Source: Gemmatimonadales bacterium
GTDB lineage: Bacteria > Gemmatimonadota > Gemmatimonadetes > Gemmatimonadales > GWC2-71-9
Assembly: GCA_050183815.1 (NCBI GenBank)
Contig: JBFXAY010000006.1
Coordinates: forward strand, 49,208 to 113,207
Direction: 5' to 3'
DNA: 64,000 nucleotides
A program made the position numbers and the translations under genes. The notes beneath the pieces were generated by a model. It did no database searches. It saw nothing but the letters and a program-made list of their open reading frames with translations, and was not told the DNA's origin. The first letter of the stretch is position 1; every line of letters starts with the position of its first letter. Positions 1 through 12,145 of this stretch are shown in pieces.

Positions 1-209
1 GTCTCGGGGGGCGGCGCCCCGTCTGCGGTGCGGTTGAGATACAGCAACCGGCCTTCCGGCGAAATCAGGGCAACGTAGTACGGCAGCCCGTCGGCGAGGG
101 CCCGCCAGAGCGCCTGAGCCGCCCGGGCCGGAACCTGGTTCGCGAGGCGGCGGTCCTCGCCGGCCGGGCCGGTCTCCCTCGAGAGCGAGTTCGCGGGTCC
201 TCGGGCCAT
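1..209 (-). CDS. N-terminal ~69 codons of an unidentified protein running off the left edge (possibly the start of a PAS-type sensor)
   Basis: ATG at 209-207 (reverse complement) opens a frame with no stop down to position 1: MARGPANSLSRETGPAGEDRRLANQVPARAAQALWRALADGLPYYVALISPEGRLLYLNRTADG. It is on the same strand as the hybrid kinase gene and 32 nt downstream of it. Confidence 0.35.
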   Translation of the reverse strand, partial: MARGPANSLSRETGPAGEDRRLANQVPARAAQALWRALADGLPYYVALISPEGRLLYLNRTADGAPPPE

Positions 210-241
210 CGGACAAAGTTAGACCACGACTGCCGCGGCGC

Positions 242-3200
242 CTAGGATTCGGCTGCCCGCGCGGTCGGGGCCCACCGGGTCAGCACCGTCCGGAGCTCCT
301 CGAGTTTGATCGGTTTGGCGAGGTAGTCGTCCATCCCGGCCCGCAGGCAGCGATCCCGGTCGCCCTCCATCGCGTTGGCGGTGAGCGCCACGATCGGGAC
401 CCGGGCCTCTCGCTGGCCGTACGTCCGGATGGCGGCGGTGGCCTCGTAGCCGTCCATCACCGGCATCTGGCAGTCCATCAGGATCAGCTCGAACGGCATC
501 CGCTGCCACATCTCCACGGCTTCCTTGCCGTTGGTCGCCAGGTCGACGTGACATCCCAGCTTCGTCAGCATCTTGGCGGCCACCTTCTGGTTGACCGGGT
601 TATCGTCGACCAGCAGGACCCGCATCGGCGTCAGACCGGCTTCCGGTCCGTCCGCCGACGCCGCGAGACCTTCAGCCGGCGCCAGGTCGCACCGCGGGGC
701 CACCAGCCGCTCGAGGCTCTCGGCGAAGGTGTCGGACCGGAACGGCCGCGAGAAATAGGCGGTGTAGCCTGCGGCGGCCAGCTCGTCGGCGCGACCCCGG
801 GTACCGCCGTCGGTCACGAGGACGAGGATCGGCTCGCCGAGTTCGTTGTTGGAGCGGACCCGCGATCCGAAGTCCACCGAAAATCGTGCGTGGGGATGAT
901 AGTCCACGATGATCAGCCGGTAGGGGTCGCCGCCCGCGGCGGCCCGGTTGAGCAGATCGAAGGCCCGGGTCGGCGAGTCCGTCGCGTCGATCCGCATGCC
1001 CAGTTCCATCGCGAACTCGGCCATCACCAGCCGCTGCATCGGATTCTTGTCGAGGTAGAGCGTCCGGACGCTCTTGAGGCCGGGATTCGACGGCAGCGCC
1101 GACGCGTGCGGATCGAGCGGGAGGCGAATCGTCGCCCAGAAGGTCGACCCGCGGCCGGCCTCGCTGTTGAGTCCGACGGCCCCGCCCATCAGCTCGGCCA
1201 GTTGCTTGGAGATCGCGAGGCCGAGACCGGTCCCGCCGAACCGCCGCGTCGTGGACGCGTCGGCCTGGGAGAACTTCTGGAACAGCCGGGCGTGGTGCTC
1301 GGGCGGAATCCCGATTCCGGTGTCGGTCACGGCAAGGCGGAGCACCGCCTCGCCGCCCGTGAGTTCCTCGCCGGACACCTCGATCAGGACGTGTCCTTCG
1401 GCCGTGAACTTGATCGCGTTGCCGGTGTAGTTGAACAGGATCTGGCGGACCCGGCCCGCGTCGCCGATCACCCGGCGGGGCGTGCCCGGCGCGAACCGGG
1501 CGGCGAGCCGGAGTCCCTTCTCGCTCGCTCGAGATGCGAGGAGGTCGATGACCTCCTCGACCGCGTTCCGGAGATCGAAGGGCAGCGGTTCGAAGCTGAG
1601 CCGCCCCGCTTCGATCTTCGAGAAGTCGAGGATGTCGTTGATGATCGTGAGCAGCGACTCGCCCGAGGAACGTACCGTGGTGGCGAACTCGCGCTGCTCG
1701 GCCGTCAGGTTCGTATCGAGGAGCAGGCCCACCATGCCGATGATGCCGTTCATCGGCGTTCGAATCTCGTGGCTCATCGTGGCGAGAAACTCGCTCTTGG
1801 CCTGGGCCGCGCTCTCGGCGCGTTCCCGCGCCTCCGAGACCGCTTCCATCGAACGGGCCAGTTCCGCCGCCGTTCGCTCGGTGGCGGCCTTGGCGGTTTC
1901 CAGTTCCCGGAGGTAGCCGAGGCGCTCTTCCTCGAGGCGCTTCTGTGCGTGGATGTCGCGCAGCGTTGCGATGCAGGTTGGCACCCCGTCGAGGAAGACC
2001 CGCCGCACGGCCAGCTCCACTTCGACCATGGCGCCGTCCGGTCGGCGGATCAGCGCCTCGACCGGCTCCTCGCGCCGGGCCCACCGATCCACCAGCGGCT
2101 CGGTCGGATCGGCACCGGGGTCGACGACGATGCTGTCGACCCGCGCCCCAACCAGCTGGTCTGCCGGCCGGGCCAGGAGCCGGACGGCCGCTCCATTGGC
2201 CGACTGGATCAGGCCGTCGTGACCGACCACGAGGAGGCCATCGGCGGTCGCGTTGAAGATCTCGCGCTGGCGGGCGGCGGCCGCCGCCAGCTCATCTTGG
2301 GTCCGCCGCTGCTCCGTCACGTCCTGGAGGCTGCCGAGGTGTCCGGTGACCCGGCCCTGGAACCAGCGCGGATGAGTCCGCGCGTGGACCCACCGGACCT
2401 CTGCTGCCTGCGTCACGATCCGGAACGTCCGGTCGAGGGGCTCAGCGCTCGCGATCGCCGCCTTCCAGGCCAGCACGGTCGCTTCCCGGTCCTCCGGGTG
2501 GACGTAGCTCGCGAACCCGAATCCCTGCAGCTGGCGGGCGGCCACACCAAAGAGAGCCGCGCAGGAGTGATTGACGTAGACCGCCATTCCCGCCGCGTCC
2601 GTCGTGAAGAGGCCCACGGGACTCGAGTCCGCGATGGCGGCGGTCTCGGCTTCGGCCGCGTTCAGCCGCGCGGCGGCGCGCCGCTGGTACCCGAATGTGA
2701 GAATCCCGCCCAGGAGGATCACGGCGAGGAGGGAGCCGAATCCGAGGACGATACGCCGCGACCGCGCGACCTCGCGGCCGACCACGGCACGCCGGTACGC
2801 GATGGCGGCGACGCCCACCACCCGGCCGCCGTCGTCGCGGATCGGCTGGAGGCCGAACTCCCGGTTCCCGATCAGGACGACCGGCGCCGGGGTACCGGCC
2901 CAGGCCCGCTCGAGTTCGGCAGCCGGGGCCTCCGCGAGAAGGGTCGAATCGGCGACCGCCGCCCCACCGATCGCCCGACCGGCCCGGTCGAGCAGGTACG
3001 CGGCTTCGAAATGCGTGTCCTCGGTGAGCCACCGATTCTCCCGCTCGACGGCGGCGGCCAGAGCCGAATCGGGGAACGGCGACCCGGCTGCCTCGAAAAG
3101 CCAGGTGGCGAACTGCGGTGCCACGACGGCGACTCGGTCGGCCAACCGGGCAATGGCCAGCTGTTCGGCCCTGTGGGCGGCCAGCCAGGTAACGACGGTG

Positions 3201-3328
3201 AGGAGGAGGAAGGCTCCCGTCGCAAGCAGCCGGCTCAGAACCGGTCTTGCGACCCGGCGGAGGGTAATGGACCCCAGCAGCGCCGACGCCAGCATCAGGA
3301 CCCCGAAGAGCGGGAATTCCCCTGCCAC
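242..3328 (-). CDS. Hybrid sensor histidine kinase / response regulator (membrane sensor, PAS domains, HisKA, HATPase, pseudo-receiver, receiver)
   Basis: 1028-aa ORF. H-box SHEIRTPMNGIIGM, ATPase G-boxes GTGLGLAISK, and a C-terminal receiver (MRVLLVDDNPVNQ...LILMDCQMPVMDGYEAT...ALTANA). Confidence 0.9.
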   Translation of the reverse strand: MAGEFPLFGVLMLASALLGSITLRRVARPVLSRLLATGAFLLLTVVTWLAAHRAEQLAIARLADRVAVVAPQFATWLFEAAGSPFPDSALAAAVERENRWLTEDTHFEAAYLLDRAGRAIGGAAVADSTLLAEAPAAELERAWAGTPAPVVLIGNREFGLQPIRDDGGRVVGVAAIAYRRAVVGREVARSRRIVLGFGSLLAVILLGGILTFGYQRRAAARLNAAEAETAAIADSSPVGLFTTDAAGMAVYVNHSCAALFGVAARQLQGFGFASYVHPEDREATVLAWKAAIASAEPLDRTFRIVTQAAEVRWVHARTHPRWFQGRVTGHLGSLQDVTEQRRTQDELAAAAARQREIFNATADGLLVVGHDGLIQSANGAAVRLLARPADQLVGARVDSIVVDPGADPTEPLVDRWARREEPVEALIRRPDGAMVEVELAVRRVFLDGVPTCIATLRDIHAQKRLEEERLGYLRELETAKAATERTAAELARSMEAVSEARERAESAAQAKSEFLATMSHEIRTPMNGIIGMVGLLLDTNLTAEQREFATTVRSSGESLLTIINDILDFSKIEAGRLSFEPLPFDLRNAVEEVIDLLASRASEKGLRLAARFAPGTPRRVIGDAGRVRQILFNYTGNAIKFTAEGHVLIEVSGEELTGGEAVLRLAVTDTGIGIPPEHHARLFQKFSQADASTTRRFGGTGLGLAISKQLAELMGGAVGLNSEAGRGSTFWATIRLPLDPHASALPSNPGLKSVRTLYLDKNPMQRLVMAEFAMELGMRIDATDSPTRAFDLLNRAAAGGDPYRLIIVDYHPHARFSVDFGSRVRSNNELGEPILVLVTDGGTRGRADELAAAGYTAYFSRPFRSDTFAESLERLVAPRCDLAPAEGLAASADGPEAGLTPMRVLLVDDNPVNQKVAAKMLTKLGCHVDLATNGKEAVEMWQRMPFELILMDCQMPVMDGYEATAAIRTYGQREARVPIVALTANAMEGDRDRCLRAGMDDYLAKPIKLEELRTVLTRWAPTARAAES

Positions 3329-3660
3329 AGCTCAGATCATCCCCGGTTGTTGATTCATGTTCGAAGATGTCTTCACAGGCTGATCGGGTGGGGAAGAAGG
3401 GTCCGCCCTCCTTCGACTGAACAGGTAGAATCATCGACACCGACCGGACGGACTTTAGGGCCGGATGGCCGGGGCGGGGCAAGGTTCTTTCATGAACGGA
3501 GCCGGTTGGCGGGGCCGAGAATCTCGCCCATTCCCGAGGCCCACAGCGGGTCCCACCGCTGAAACCGGGCGTCCCATTTCCGAACAGGGTGGGCGGCACC
3601 TGGGGCATGGTGTGATTTTGTATCGTGTTGTCTATTAATGACTTACGTTCTTTGATCCGA

Positions 3661-3675
3661 CGGCACGAACATTCC
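3661..3675 (+). promoter_or_regulatory. Weak sigma-54 (-24/-12)-like element upstream of the efflux operon
   Basis: CGGCACGAACATTCC against the consensus TGGCACG-N4-TTGC. The GG and the spacing are correct, but the -12 GC reads CC. It is preceded by a 60-bp AT-rich tract (3601-3660) and lies 40 nt upstream of the GTG at 3715. Confidence 0.3.
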
Positions 3676-3714
3676 CTTTGAGGAGGCGACTGCCCGAACC
3701 AGTACGGAGCGACC

Positions 3715-4962
3715 GTGGACATCATTCGCGACAAGCCGACGAGCAAGAAAAGGATCATCATCGGGTCGGTGATCGCCGTCGGGGTGATCGGCCTCACGGC
3801 GGCCGTGATGAACCTCGACCCGGCCGTTCCGTCGGTCGATGGCGGGACCATCTACTTCGACTCCGTGGTCCGAGGCGAGATGGTCCGCGAGGTCCGGGGC
3901 CCGGGCACGCTGGTCCCCGAGGATATTCGGTGGATCACGGCCGTCACGGCCGGCCGGGTGGAGAAGATCCATCACCTGGCCGGCGTCGAGGTCGAACCGG
4001 GGACGGTGCTCCTCGAATTGGCCAATCCGGACGTCCAGATTCAAACGCTCAACGCCGACCGCCAGCTCACCGACGCCGAGGCCCAGCTCGTTACCCTCAA
4101 GACGAATCTCGAGAACAACCGGCTCAACCAGGCCTCCACGGTCGCCCAGATGAAGCAGGAGTCCGCCGATGCCCGCCGTCGGGCCGAGGCGGGGGCGGAG
4201 CTGCTCAAGAAGAACCTGATCGTGCCGCTCGACCAGCAGCAGGCGCAGGATCGCTCGGAGGCGCTGATCGAGCGGCTCCAGATCGAGGAACAGCGGCTCA
4301 AGATCCTGTCCTCGACCATCGAGGACCAGATCCGGGTCCAGGAGGAGCAGGTGGCCCGGCTCCGGTCCATCGCCCAGTTCCAGCACGGCCTCGCCGCCTC
4401 GATGACGGTGCGCGCCGGCGCCCGCGGGATCCTCCAGGAAGTGCCGTTCCAGGTGGGCCAGTACGCCCTGCCGGGTGCCACGCTTGCGAAGGTGGTTCCG
4501 ACGCCGATTCGCCTCAAGGCGGTGCTCCGGATCCCCGAGACCCAGGCCAAGGACCTGGCCCTCGGCCAGAAGGCGATGATCGACACACGCAACGGAATCG
4601 CCCCGGGAAGGATCATTAGAATGGATCCGGCCTCGATCAACGGGACGGTCACCGTGGACGTGAGTCTCGATGACGCGCCGCCGTCCGGGAGCCGGCCCGA
4701 TCTGAGCGTTGACGGCGTGATCGAGTTGGAGCGGCTGGAGAATGTCCTCCACGTCGGCCGGCCGACGATCGCGCAGCAGAACAGTCCGGGGACCGTGTTC
4801 CGGCTCGTTGACGGCGGGAAGTACGCCGAGCGGGTCCAGGTCCGGTTCGGCCGGACGTCGGTCAGCCGGGTGGAAATCGTCGAAGGCCTCGAACCCGGCG
4901 ACGTGATCATCATGTCGGACATGTCCCAGTGGGACGAGTACGACCGGGTTCGAATCAAATAG
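3715..4962 (+). CDS. HlyD/MacA-type periplasmic adaptor (membrane fusion protein) of an ABC efflux system
   Basis: 415-aa ORF with an N-terminal TM anchor, a coiled-coil hairpin (LTDAEAQLVTLKTNLE...) and barrel-sandwich/beta-barrel segments. It is the first gene of the operon with the ABC ATPase and FtsX permease. Confidence 0.85.
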   Translation: MDIIRDKPTSKKRIIIGSVIAVGVIGLTAAVMNLDPAVPSVDGGTIYFDSVVRGEMVREVRGPGTLVPEDIRWITAVTAGRVEKIHHLAGVEVEPGTVLLELANPDVQIQTLNADRQLTDAEAQLVTLKTNLENNRLNQASTVAQMKQESADARRRAEAGAELLKKNLIVPLDQQQAQDRSEALIERLQIEEQRLKILSSTIEDQIRVQEEQVARLRSIAQFQHGLAASMTVRAGARGILQEVPFQVGQYALPGATLAKVVPTPIRLKAVLRIPETQAKDLALGQKAMIDTRNGIAPGRIIRMDPASINGTVTVDVSLDDAPPSGSRPDLSVDGVIELERLENVLHVGRPTIAQQNSPGTVFRLVDGGKYAERVQVRFGRTSVSRVEIVEGLEPGDVIIMSDMSQWDEYDRVRIK

Positions 4963-5095
4963 CCGGTGAATTCGTAGGAGCAGTTCGCGGGAGGGACGGG
5001 GGTGTCGGGCCGGGTTGGTTGGATCCTCGGTTACCGGTTTCGGCGCCTCCGTTCCGCCCCATCCCCCAGGAACACCTCACAACCGTGGAGCGGCA

Positions 5096-5800
<705 letters not shown>

Positions 5801-5841
5801 GCGGCCCGGGCTCGCCGACCCACCCGTCCGGGATCACCACG

Positions 5842-8262
5842 ATGCGAGATTTCTTCCAGGACGTCCGGCTCGCCTTCCGGTCCTTCGTCCAGGCTCCGGG
5901 GTTCACCGTCGTGGCGGTGCTCTCCCTGGGCCTGGGCATCGGCTCGATGTCGACGATCTACCTCTGGACCGACCGCTTCATCCTGAATCCGCTGCCCACG
6001 GTGCCGGGCGGCGACGAGTTGACGTTCGTGCGGACCCGCGGGCCCGAGGACGCGATCTACTCGATCTCCTACCCGACCTTCAGGGACTGGTCCGAGCGGA
6101 ATCGCGCCTTTGAGGGGCTCGCGGTCATGACCCTCGAGCGCGTCGGCGTGCGGGAACGCGACGGTGAGGCCGTCGAACGCGCCTTCGCCCTGCTCGTCAG
6201 CGGCAACTACTTCGACGTGATGCAGGTCCGGGCGCTCCACGGCCGGACGTTCTATCCGGACGAGGATTCGTCGGCGGCCCAGGTGGCGGTGTTGGGGCAT
6301 GACTACTGGCAGCGCCGGTTCCGGGGAGACCCGGGGATCGTCGGCCGCGGCATCGTGATCAACGGCCAGCGGGTCGAAGTCGTCGGCGTGATGCCACCCC
6401 GGTTCGGCGGCAGCTACGTCGGCCTCGACCTCGATCTCTACCTGCCGGTCTCGAACTATCGAGCCCTCAACCTCGGGCGCAGTCGGCTCGACGACCGCGG
6501 ATCGATGTTCCTCGAGGGGATCGGGCGGCGCAAGCCGGGGATTTCCCTCGCCGATGCCCAGGCCGACATGGAACGCGTTGGCCGGGAGCTGGACGCCGAT
6601 CTTCCCGAGGCGTCGAATCATGCCGTGGTGGAGCCGCTCGATGGCCAGGGCGCGCCGTCGACCATGAAGCCGATCTTTTTCGCGCTGCTGGGCGTCACCG
6701 CGCTCGTCCTCCTCATTGCCTGCGCCAACGTCGCGAACCTGCTGCTCGCGCGGGCGGGGAGCCGGGAACGGGAAATCGCCGTACGCGCGGCCATCGGCGC
6801 CGGCCGGCTTCGGCTGATCCGGCAGCTGCTCACCGAAAGCGTCCTTCTGGCGTTGGGTGGCGCCACCGTCGGGCTGTTCCTGGCCTATCTCGGTCGCGGT
6901 GCCCTCGTCGAAATGCTCCCGCCGGCGCCGTTCCCGGTGGACTTCCGCTTCGACATGAACTACCGGGTCGTCGGCTTCGGCCTGGTCGCAGCGCTTGGCA
7001 CCGTGCTGCTCTTCGGCGTTTGGCCCGCGTTCCGCGCCACCCGGCCGGACCTCGCCCCGGTGCTGCGGTCGTTACCGAGCGGCAGCATCGCGAAGAGCGC
7101 GGCCCGCTCCGTCCTCGTGGGCGGCCAGATGGCCCTCGCCGTCGTGGCGCTCGTTTCGGCGGGTCTTTTCCTCCGGGCCATCGATCGGTCGCGCAGACTG
7201 GACCCCGGCTTCGCCAAGCCGGAGACCCTGCTGCTCGTCGACACCGATCTCTCGATCGCCGGACTCGATGGCGACAACGGGCCGCCCGCAGTGGCGGCCC
7301 TCCTCGACCGGCTCCGGTCGGTTCCCGGAGTCGTGGATGCCTCGACCGGCAGCTTCGTCCCGCTCGGGTGGTCGTGCTGCAACTCCGCCTCCGCCGAGCC
7401 GGAGGGCTACACGCCCCGCCCGAACGAGAACACCTCGGTCGTCTACTCACGGGTCAGCCCCCGGTATTTCGAGACCATGGGGATTCCCGTCCGCTCCGGG
7501 CGAACGTTTCAGGCCTCCGACGATCGAACCGCGCCGCGCGTCGTCCTCGTCAACGAGAGCTTCGTGCGCCGGTACTGGAACGGCCTCGAGCCGATCGGTC
7601 GCCGGATCCGCCAGGCCGGGGCCGACTTCACCGTCATCGGCGTGGTGGCCGATGGGAAATACCGCACCCTCGCGAGCGACCCGTTCCCGATCATCTACCG
7701 GAGCTTTGCCCAGAGTTATACCGAGGGCTTCACCATCCACGTCCGGGCGGACGGCGATCCCTCCGGGCTGGTCAACGCCCTCCGCCGCGAGTTCCTCGCG
7801 GTCAATCCGGACCTGCCGTTCCTGAGCCCGCGGACCATGCGCCAGGAAATGCAGCAGTCGACGATCGGACAGGAAATCGGATCCCGGACGCTGGCGGTGT
7901 TCGGCGCGATCGCGCTGCTGCTCGCGGCGGTGGGTGTCTACGGCGTCATGTCCTTCCTCGTGACGCAGCGGACCCGCGAGATCGGGATCCGGGTGGCCCT
8001 CGGGGCCGCCGCGGGCACCGTGAGCCGACTCGTGATCGGCCGGGGGCTCCGGATCACCTTGATCGGTGCGGCGGTCGGCGTCGTGGCGGCCCTCGGTGCC
8101 GGCCGTCTCCTTCAGGGCCTCCTCCTCGGGGTCAGCCCCGCCGATCCCCTGACCTTCGCCGCCATCGTGTTCCTGCTCGTGGCCGTGGCGGTGGTGGCTT
8201 GCCTCGTGCCGGCCCGCCGGGCAGCCCGCATCGATCCCGTCATTTCCCTCAAGGCGGAGTAG
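5842..8262 (+). CDS. Duplicated FtsX/MacB-type ABC permease (ADOP-like, two MacB_PCD + FtsX halves)
   Basis: 806-aa ORF. Two repeats of TM + large periplasmic domain + a 3-TM FtsX block are visible (REREIAVRAAIGAG... and RTREIGIRVALGAA...). Confidence 0.9.
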   Translation: MRDFFQDVRLAFRSFVQAPGFTVVAVLSLGLGIGSMSTIYLWTDRFILNPLPTVPGGDELTFVRTRGPEDAIYSISYPTFRDWSERNRAFEGLAVMTLERVGVRERDGEAVERAFALLVSGNYFDVMQVRALHGRTFYPDEDSSAAQVAVLGHDYWQRRFRGDPGIVGRGIVINGQRVEVVGVMPPRFGGSYVGLDLDLYLPVSNYRALNLGRSRLDDRGSMFLEGIGRRKPGISLADAQADMERVGRELDADLPEASNHAVVEPLDGQGAPSTMKPIFFALLGVTALVLLIACANVANLLLARAGSREREIAVRAAIGAGRLRLIRQLLTESVLLALGGATVGLFLAYLGRGALVEMLPPAPFPVDFRFDMNYRVVGFGLVAALGTVLLFGVWPAFRATRPDLAPVLRSLPSGSIAKSAARSVLVGGQMALAVVALVSAGLFLRAIDRSRRLDPGFAKPETLLLVDTDLSIAGLDGDNGPPAVAALLDRLRSVPGVVDASTGSFVPLGWSCCNSASAEPEGYTPRPNENTSVVYSRVSPRYFETMGIPVRSGRTFQASDDRTAPRVVLVNESFVRRYWNGLEPIGRRIRQAGADFTVIGVVADGKYRTLASDPFPIIYRSFAQSYTEGFTIHVRADGDPSGLVNALRREFLAVNPDLPFLSPRTMRQEMQQSTIGQEIGSRTLAVFGAIALLLAAVGVYGVMSFLVTQRTREIGIRVALGAAAGTVSRLVIGRGLRITLIGAAVGVVAALGAGRLLQGLLLGVSPADPLTFAAIVFLLVAVAVVACLVPARRAARIDPVISLKAE

Positions 8263-8325
8263 GACGATCGGCGCTCCCGGGATAGTTTCCACGGGGACCG
8301 TGACCGTCACTCCGCCAACCGACCG

Positions 8326-8999
8326 ATGATTCGCCTCGCCAACATCGAGAAGTTCTTCCAGACCGGGCCGACCCGGACCTTCGTGCTCCGCCAGGTGGAC
8401 CTGACCATCCTGCCCGGCGAGTTCGTGACCATCATGGGTCCGTCCGGCGCCGGCAAGTCCACCCTGCTCGGCATTCTCGGCATGCTCGACGCCACCTGGA
8501 GCGGGGAGTACTACTTCCTCGACGAGCCGGTCCATGCGCTCAAGCCCAAGCACCGGGCGGAGCTCAACAAGCAGTACATCGGCTTCGTGTTCCAGCAGTA
8601 CCACCTGATCGACAGTCTGACGGTTTACGAGAACATCGAGACCCCGCTGACCTACCGGGACTACGGCCGGGGTGACCGCCAGTCGATGGTGGCCGACATT
8701 CTCGACCGGTTCCAGATCGTCGGCAAGAAAGACCTGTTCCCGAACCAGTTGTCCGGCGGCCAGCAGCAGCTGGTCGGCGTGGCCCGGGCGGTGGTCGCCA
8801 AGCCACGGCTGATCCTCGCCGACGAGCCGACCGGCAACCTCCACTCGGATCAGGCCCGCGAGATCATGGAGCTGTTCACCCGGCTCAACCGGGAGGGCAC
8901 CACGATCATCCAGGTGACCCACTCGAAGGAAAACGCCCAGTACGGCAACCGGATCATCCAGCTCAAGGATGGCTGGGTCGTGGGCGAGGAACGGGTGCG

Positions 9000-9003
<4 letters not shown>
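8326..9003 (+). CDS. ABC transporter ATP-binding protein (MacB/LolD-type), copy 2
   Basis: Walker [10 protein letters not shown], signature LSGGQQQL, Walker [12 protein letters not shown]. The stop overlaps the next gene's start (GTGA). Confidence 0.9.
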
Positions 9004-10376
<1,373 letters not shown>

Positions 10377-10389
10377 ACCAGGCCGCGGG

Positions 10390-11724
10390 GTGAGGCGGCT
10401 CGCCCACGACCAGCGGATCTTCGCCCTGGCACTGCTCGCGGGGCTGCCCGCTCTCGTGGCCGCCGGCATTCTCCTCTTCCGGACCGACACCAGCGGCCTC
10501 TTTCGCTGGACCATCCTCGGCCTGCTGGCCGCCGTCTGGCTCGGCGCCGCCCGCGCCGCCCAGGTCCGGGTGGCCCGCCCGCTCCAGGTCATCGCCAACA
10601 TCGTCGCCGGCCTGCGCGAGGGCCACTTTACCATCCGGGCCCGCGCCGAAGAGGGCACTGATGTCCTCGGCGCGCTCCGCCGCGAGCTCAATCAGCTCAG
10701 CGAGACGCTCAAGGAGCAACGCCTCGGCGCGCTCGAGGCGGATGCCCTCCTCAAGCGGCTGATGGAGGAGATCGACGTGTCGGTCTTCGCCTTCGACCCC
10801 GAAGGCGTGCTCCGGGTCACCAACCGGGCCGGCGAACGTCTCCTCGGCCAGCCGAGCGAGCGGATGCTGGGCCGAACGGCGCGGTACCTCGGACTCGAGA
10901 CCTGCCTCGAGGGCGAGACCCCTCGGATCATCGAACTCACCCTGCCCGGCACCGGATCCGGGCGCTGGGAACTCCGCCGCCGGAACTTCCGGCAAGGCGG
11001 TCTTCCGCTCGAGCTCGTGGTGCTGGCGGACATCAGCCGGGTGCTCCGGTCGGAGGAACGCCAGCTCTGGCAGCGGTTTGTGCGGGTGCTGAGCCACGAG
11101 ATCAACAACTCGCTCGCTCCGATCAAGTCGGTGGCGGCCACGCTGACCGGTCTCGTGGATCGCTCCCCCCGGCCGCCGGACTGGGAAGAGGATCTCCGCA
11201 GCGGCCTCGACGTCGTGGCCGCCCGCGCCGATTCGCTGAACCGGTTCATGGCGTCCTACGCCCGCCTCGCGAAACTGCCGCCCCCGACTTTCGGGCCCGT
11301 CAGTATCGGCGCCTGGATCGCCCGGGTCGCCCCGCTCGACCAGCGGGTACCGGTCGTCGTGGAACCCGGGCCCGAACTCACCATCGAGGCCGACGCCGAT
11401 CAGCTCGACCAGCTCCTCATCAACCTGGTCAAGAACGCCATCGAGGCGTCCCTGCCGTCCGGCGGACCGGTGGAGATCGGTTGGGTCGAGCATGCCGACA
11501 CCGTCGAGGTGTCGGTCCGGGACCAGGGCCCCGGTCTGGGGTCGACGGCCAACCTCTTCGTCCCCTTCTACACCACCAAGCCCAGCGGCTCGGGGATCGG
11601 CCTCGTCTTCAGCCGCCAGGTGGCCGAGGCCCACGGCGGCCACCTCCTGGTGGCGAACCGGACCGACCGGCGCGGCGCCGAGGCCCGAATCGTTCTCCCC
11701 AAGACGGCCCGGCGGGACGCCTAG
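10390..11724 (+). CDS. Sensor histidine kinase (2 TM, HAMP, PAS, HisKA, HATPase), partner of the NtrC-type regulator
   Basis: 444-aa ORF. H-box LSHEINNSLAPI, N-box LINLVKNAIEA, G-boxes DQGPGL and GSGIGL. Confidence 0.88.
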   Translation: MRRLAHDQRIFALALLAGLPALVAAGILLFRTDTSGLFRWTILGLLAAVWLGAARAAQVRVARPLQVIANIVAGLREGHFTIRARAEEGTDVLGALRRELNQLSETLKEQRLGALEADALLKRLMEEIDVSVFAFDPEGVLRVTNRAGERLLGQPSERMLGRTARYLGLETCLEGETPRIIELTLPGTGSGRWELRRRNFRQGGLPLELVVLADISRVLRSEERQLWQRFVRVLSHEINNSLAPIKSVAATLTGLVDRSPRPPDWEEDLRSGLDVVAARADSLNRFMASYARLAKLPPPTFGPVSIGAWIARVAPLDQRVPVVVEPGPELTIEADADQLDQLLINLVKNAIEASLPSGGPVEIGWVEHADTVEVSVRDQGPGLGSTANLFVPFYTTKPSGSGIGLVFSRQVAEAHGGHLLVANRTDRRGAEARIVLPKTARRDA

Positions 11725-11727
11725 CCT

Positions 11728-11772
11728 AACGGCGGCCCGATCGGTAGCTTGAAAGCCGATCCGGCCGCCGTT
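11728..11772 (+). terminator. Long GC-rich hairpin after the kinase gene (putative terminator)
   Basis: AACGGCGGCCCGATCGG - 11-nt loop - CCGATCCGGCCGCCGTT. This is a 17-bp stem with one mismatch, starting 4 nt after the TAG stop. There is no clear U-tract. Confidence 0.5.
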
Positions 11773-11825
11773 CGTTGATGCAAGTACTTGCGGTGTAACG
11801 ATTTGGTGAACTGGACCCTGGCAGA

Positions 11826-12143
11826 ATGAAACCGGTGGTCACCCTCGGGGGATACATGGAGCAGCACGACCGGGCCGCCGCCTTCGGCGGTGCCGACGGC
11901 CGGGCCTACTCCTGCGCCCTCTACGTGGACGACGAGCCGGACGAGGCCGGACGCTTCGCCGGGTCCCTGCTGTTCGTCCGGTGGGACGAGGCCGGGGCGG
12001 CTCCGGCGGGTCACGTCGAGAGCCCGGTGCTGGCCTACGGCCGGACCCCGGAGGAAACCCGCGAGCGCCTGGGCGCTATCTCGCTGTTCGACGCCAAAGC
12101 CGCCCTCGACGAGGCGATCGGTCGCCGGCCGGAGGGTTGGTAA
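11826..12143 (+). CDS. Hypothetical protein (105 aa)
   Basis: The ORF has good third-position GC bias and ends 2 nt before the rsgA start. I recognised no motif. Confidence 0.5.
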   Translation: MKPVVTLGGYMEQHDRAAAFGGADGRAYSCALYVDDEPDEAGRFAGSLLFVRWDEAGAAPAGHVESPVLAYGRTPEETRERLGAISLFDAKAALDEAIGRRPEGW

Positions 12144-12145
12144 TC

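Noticed and set aside
548-3562. 1004-aa plus-strand ORF, and several 100-470-aa ORFs, overlapping the hybrid kinase gene
   Set aside because: They run antisense or out of frame to a gene with unmistakable HisKA/HATPase/REC motifs. Their Arg/Pro/Gly-rich, low-complexity composition is typical of shadow frames in ~70% GC DNA.
4946-4956. GGGTTCGAATC, identical to a tRNA T-arm consensus
   Set aside because: It lies inside the last codons of the HlyD-type gene (..DRVRIK). No acceptor stem, D-arm or anticodon stem can be drawn around it.
5015-5095. Upstream extensions of track ORFs, e.g. 5015-5095 for ATPase 1, 25437-25526 for lon, 16473-17351 for the amidohydrolase, 49273-49710 for cysN, and 55532-56143 and 56179-57627 for the hydrolase and the ammonia-lyase
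   Set aside because: The extensions overlap upstream genes or are Arg/Pro-rich. Internal ATG/GTG codons coincide with SD motifs, signal peptides, or stop/start overlaps with the preceding gene.
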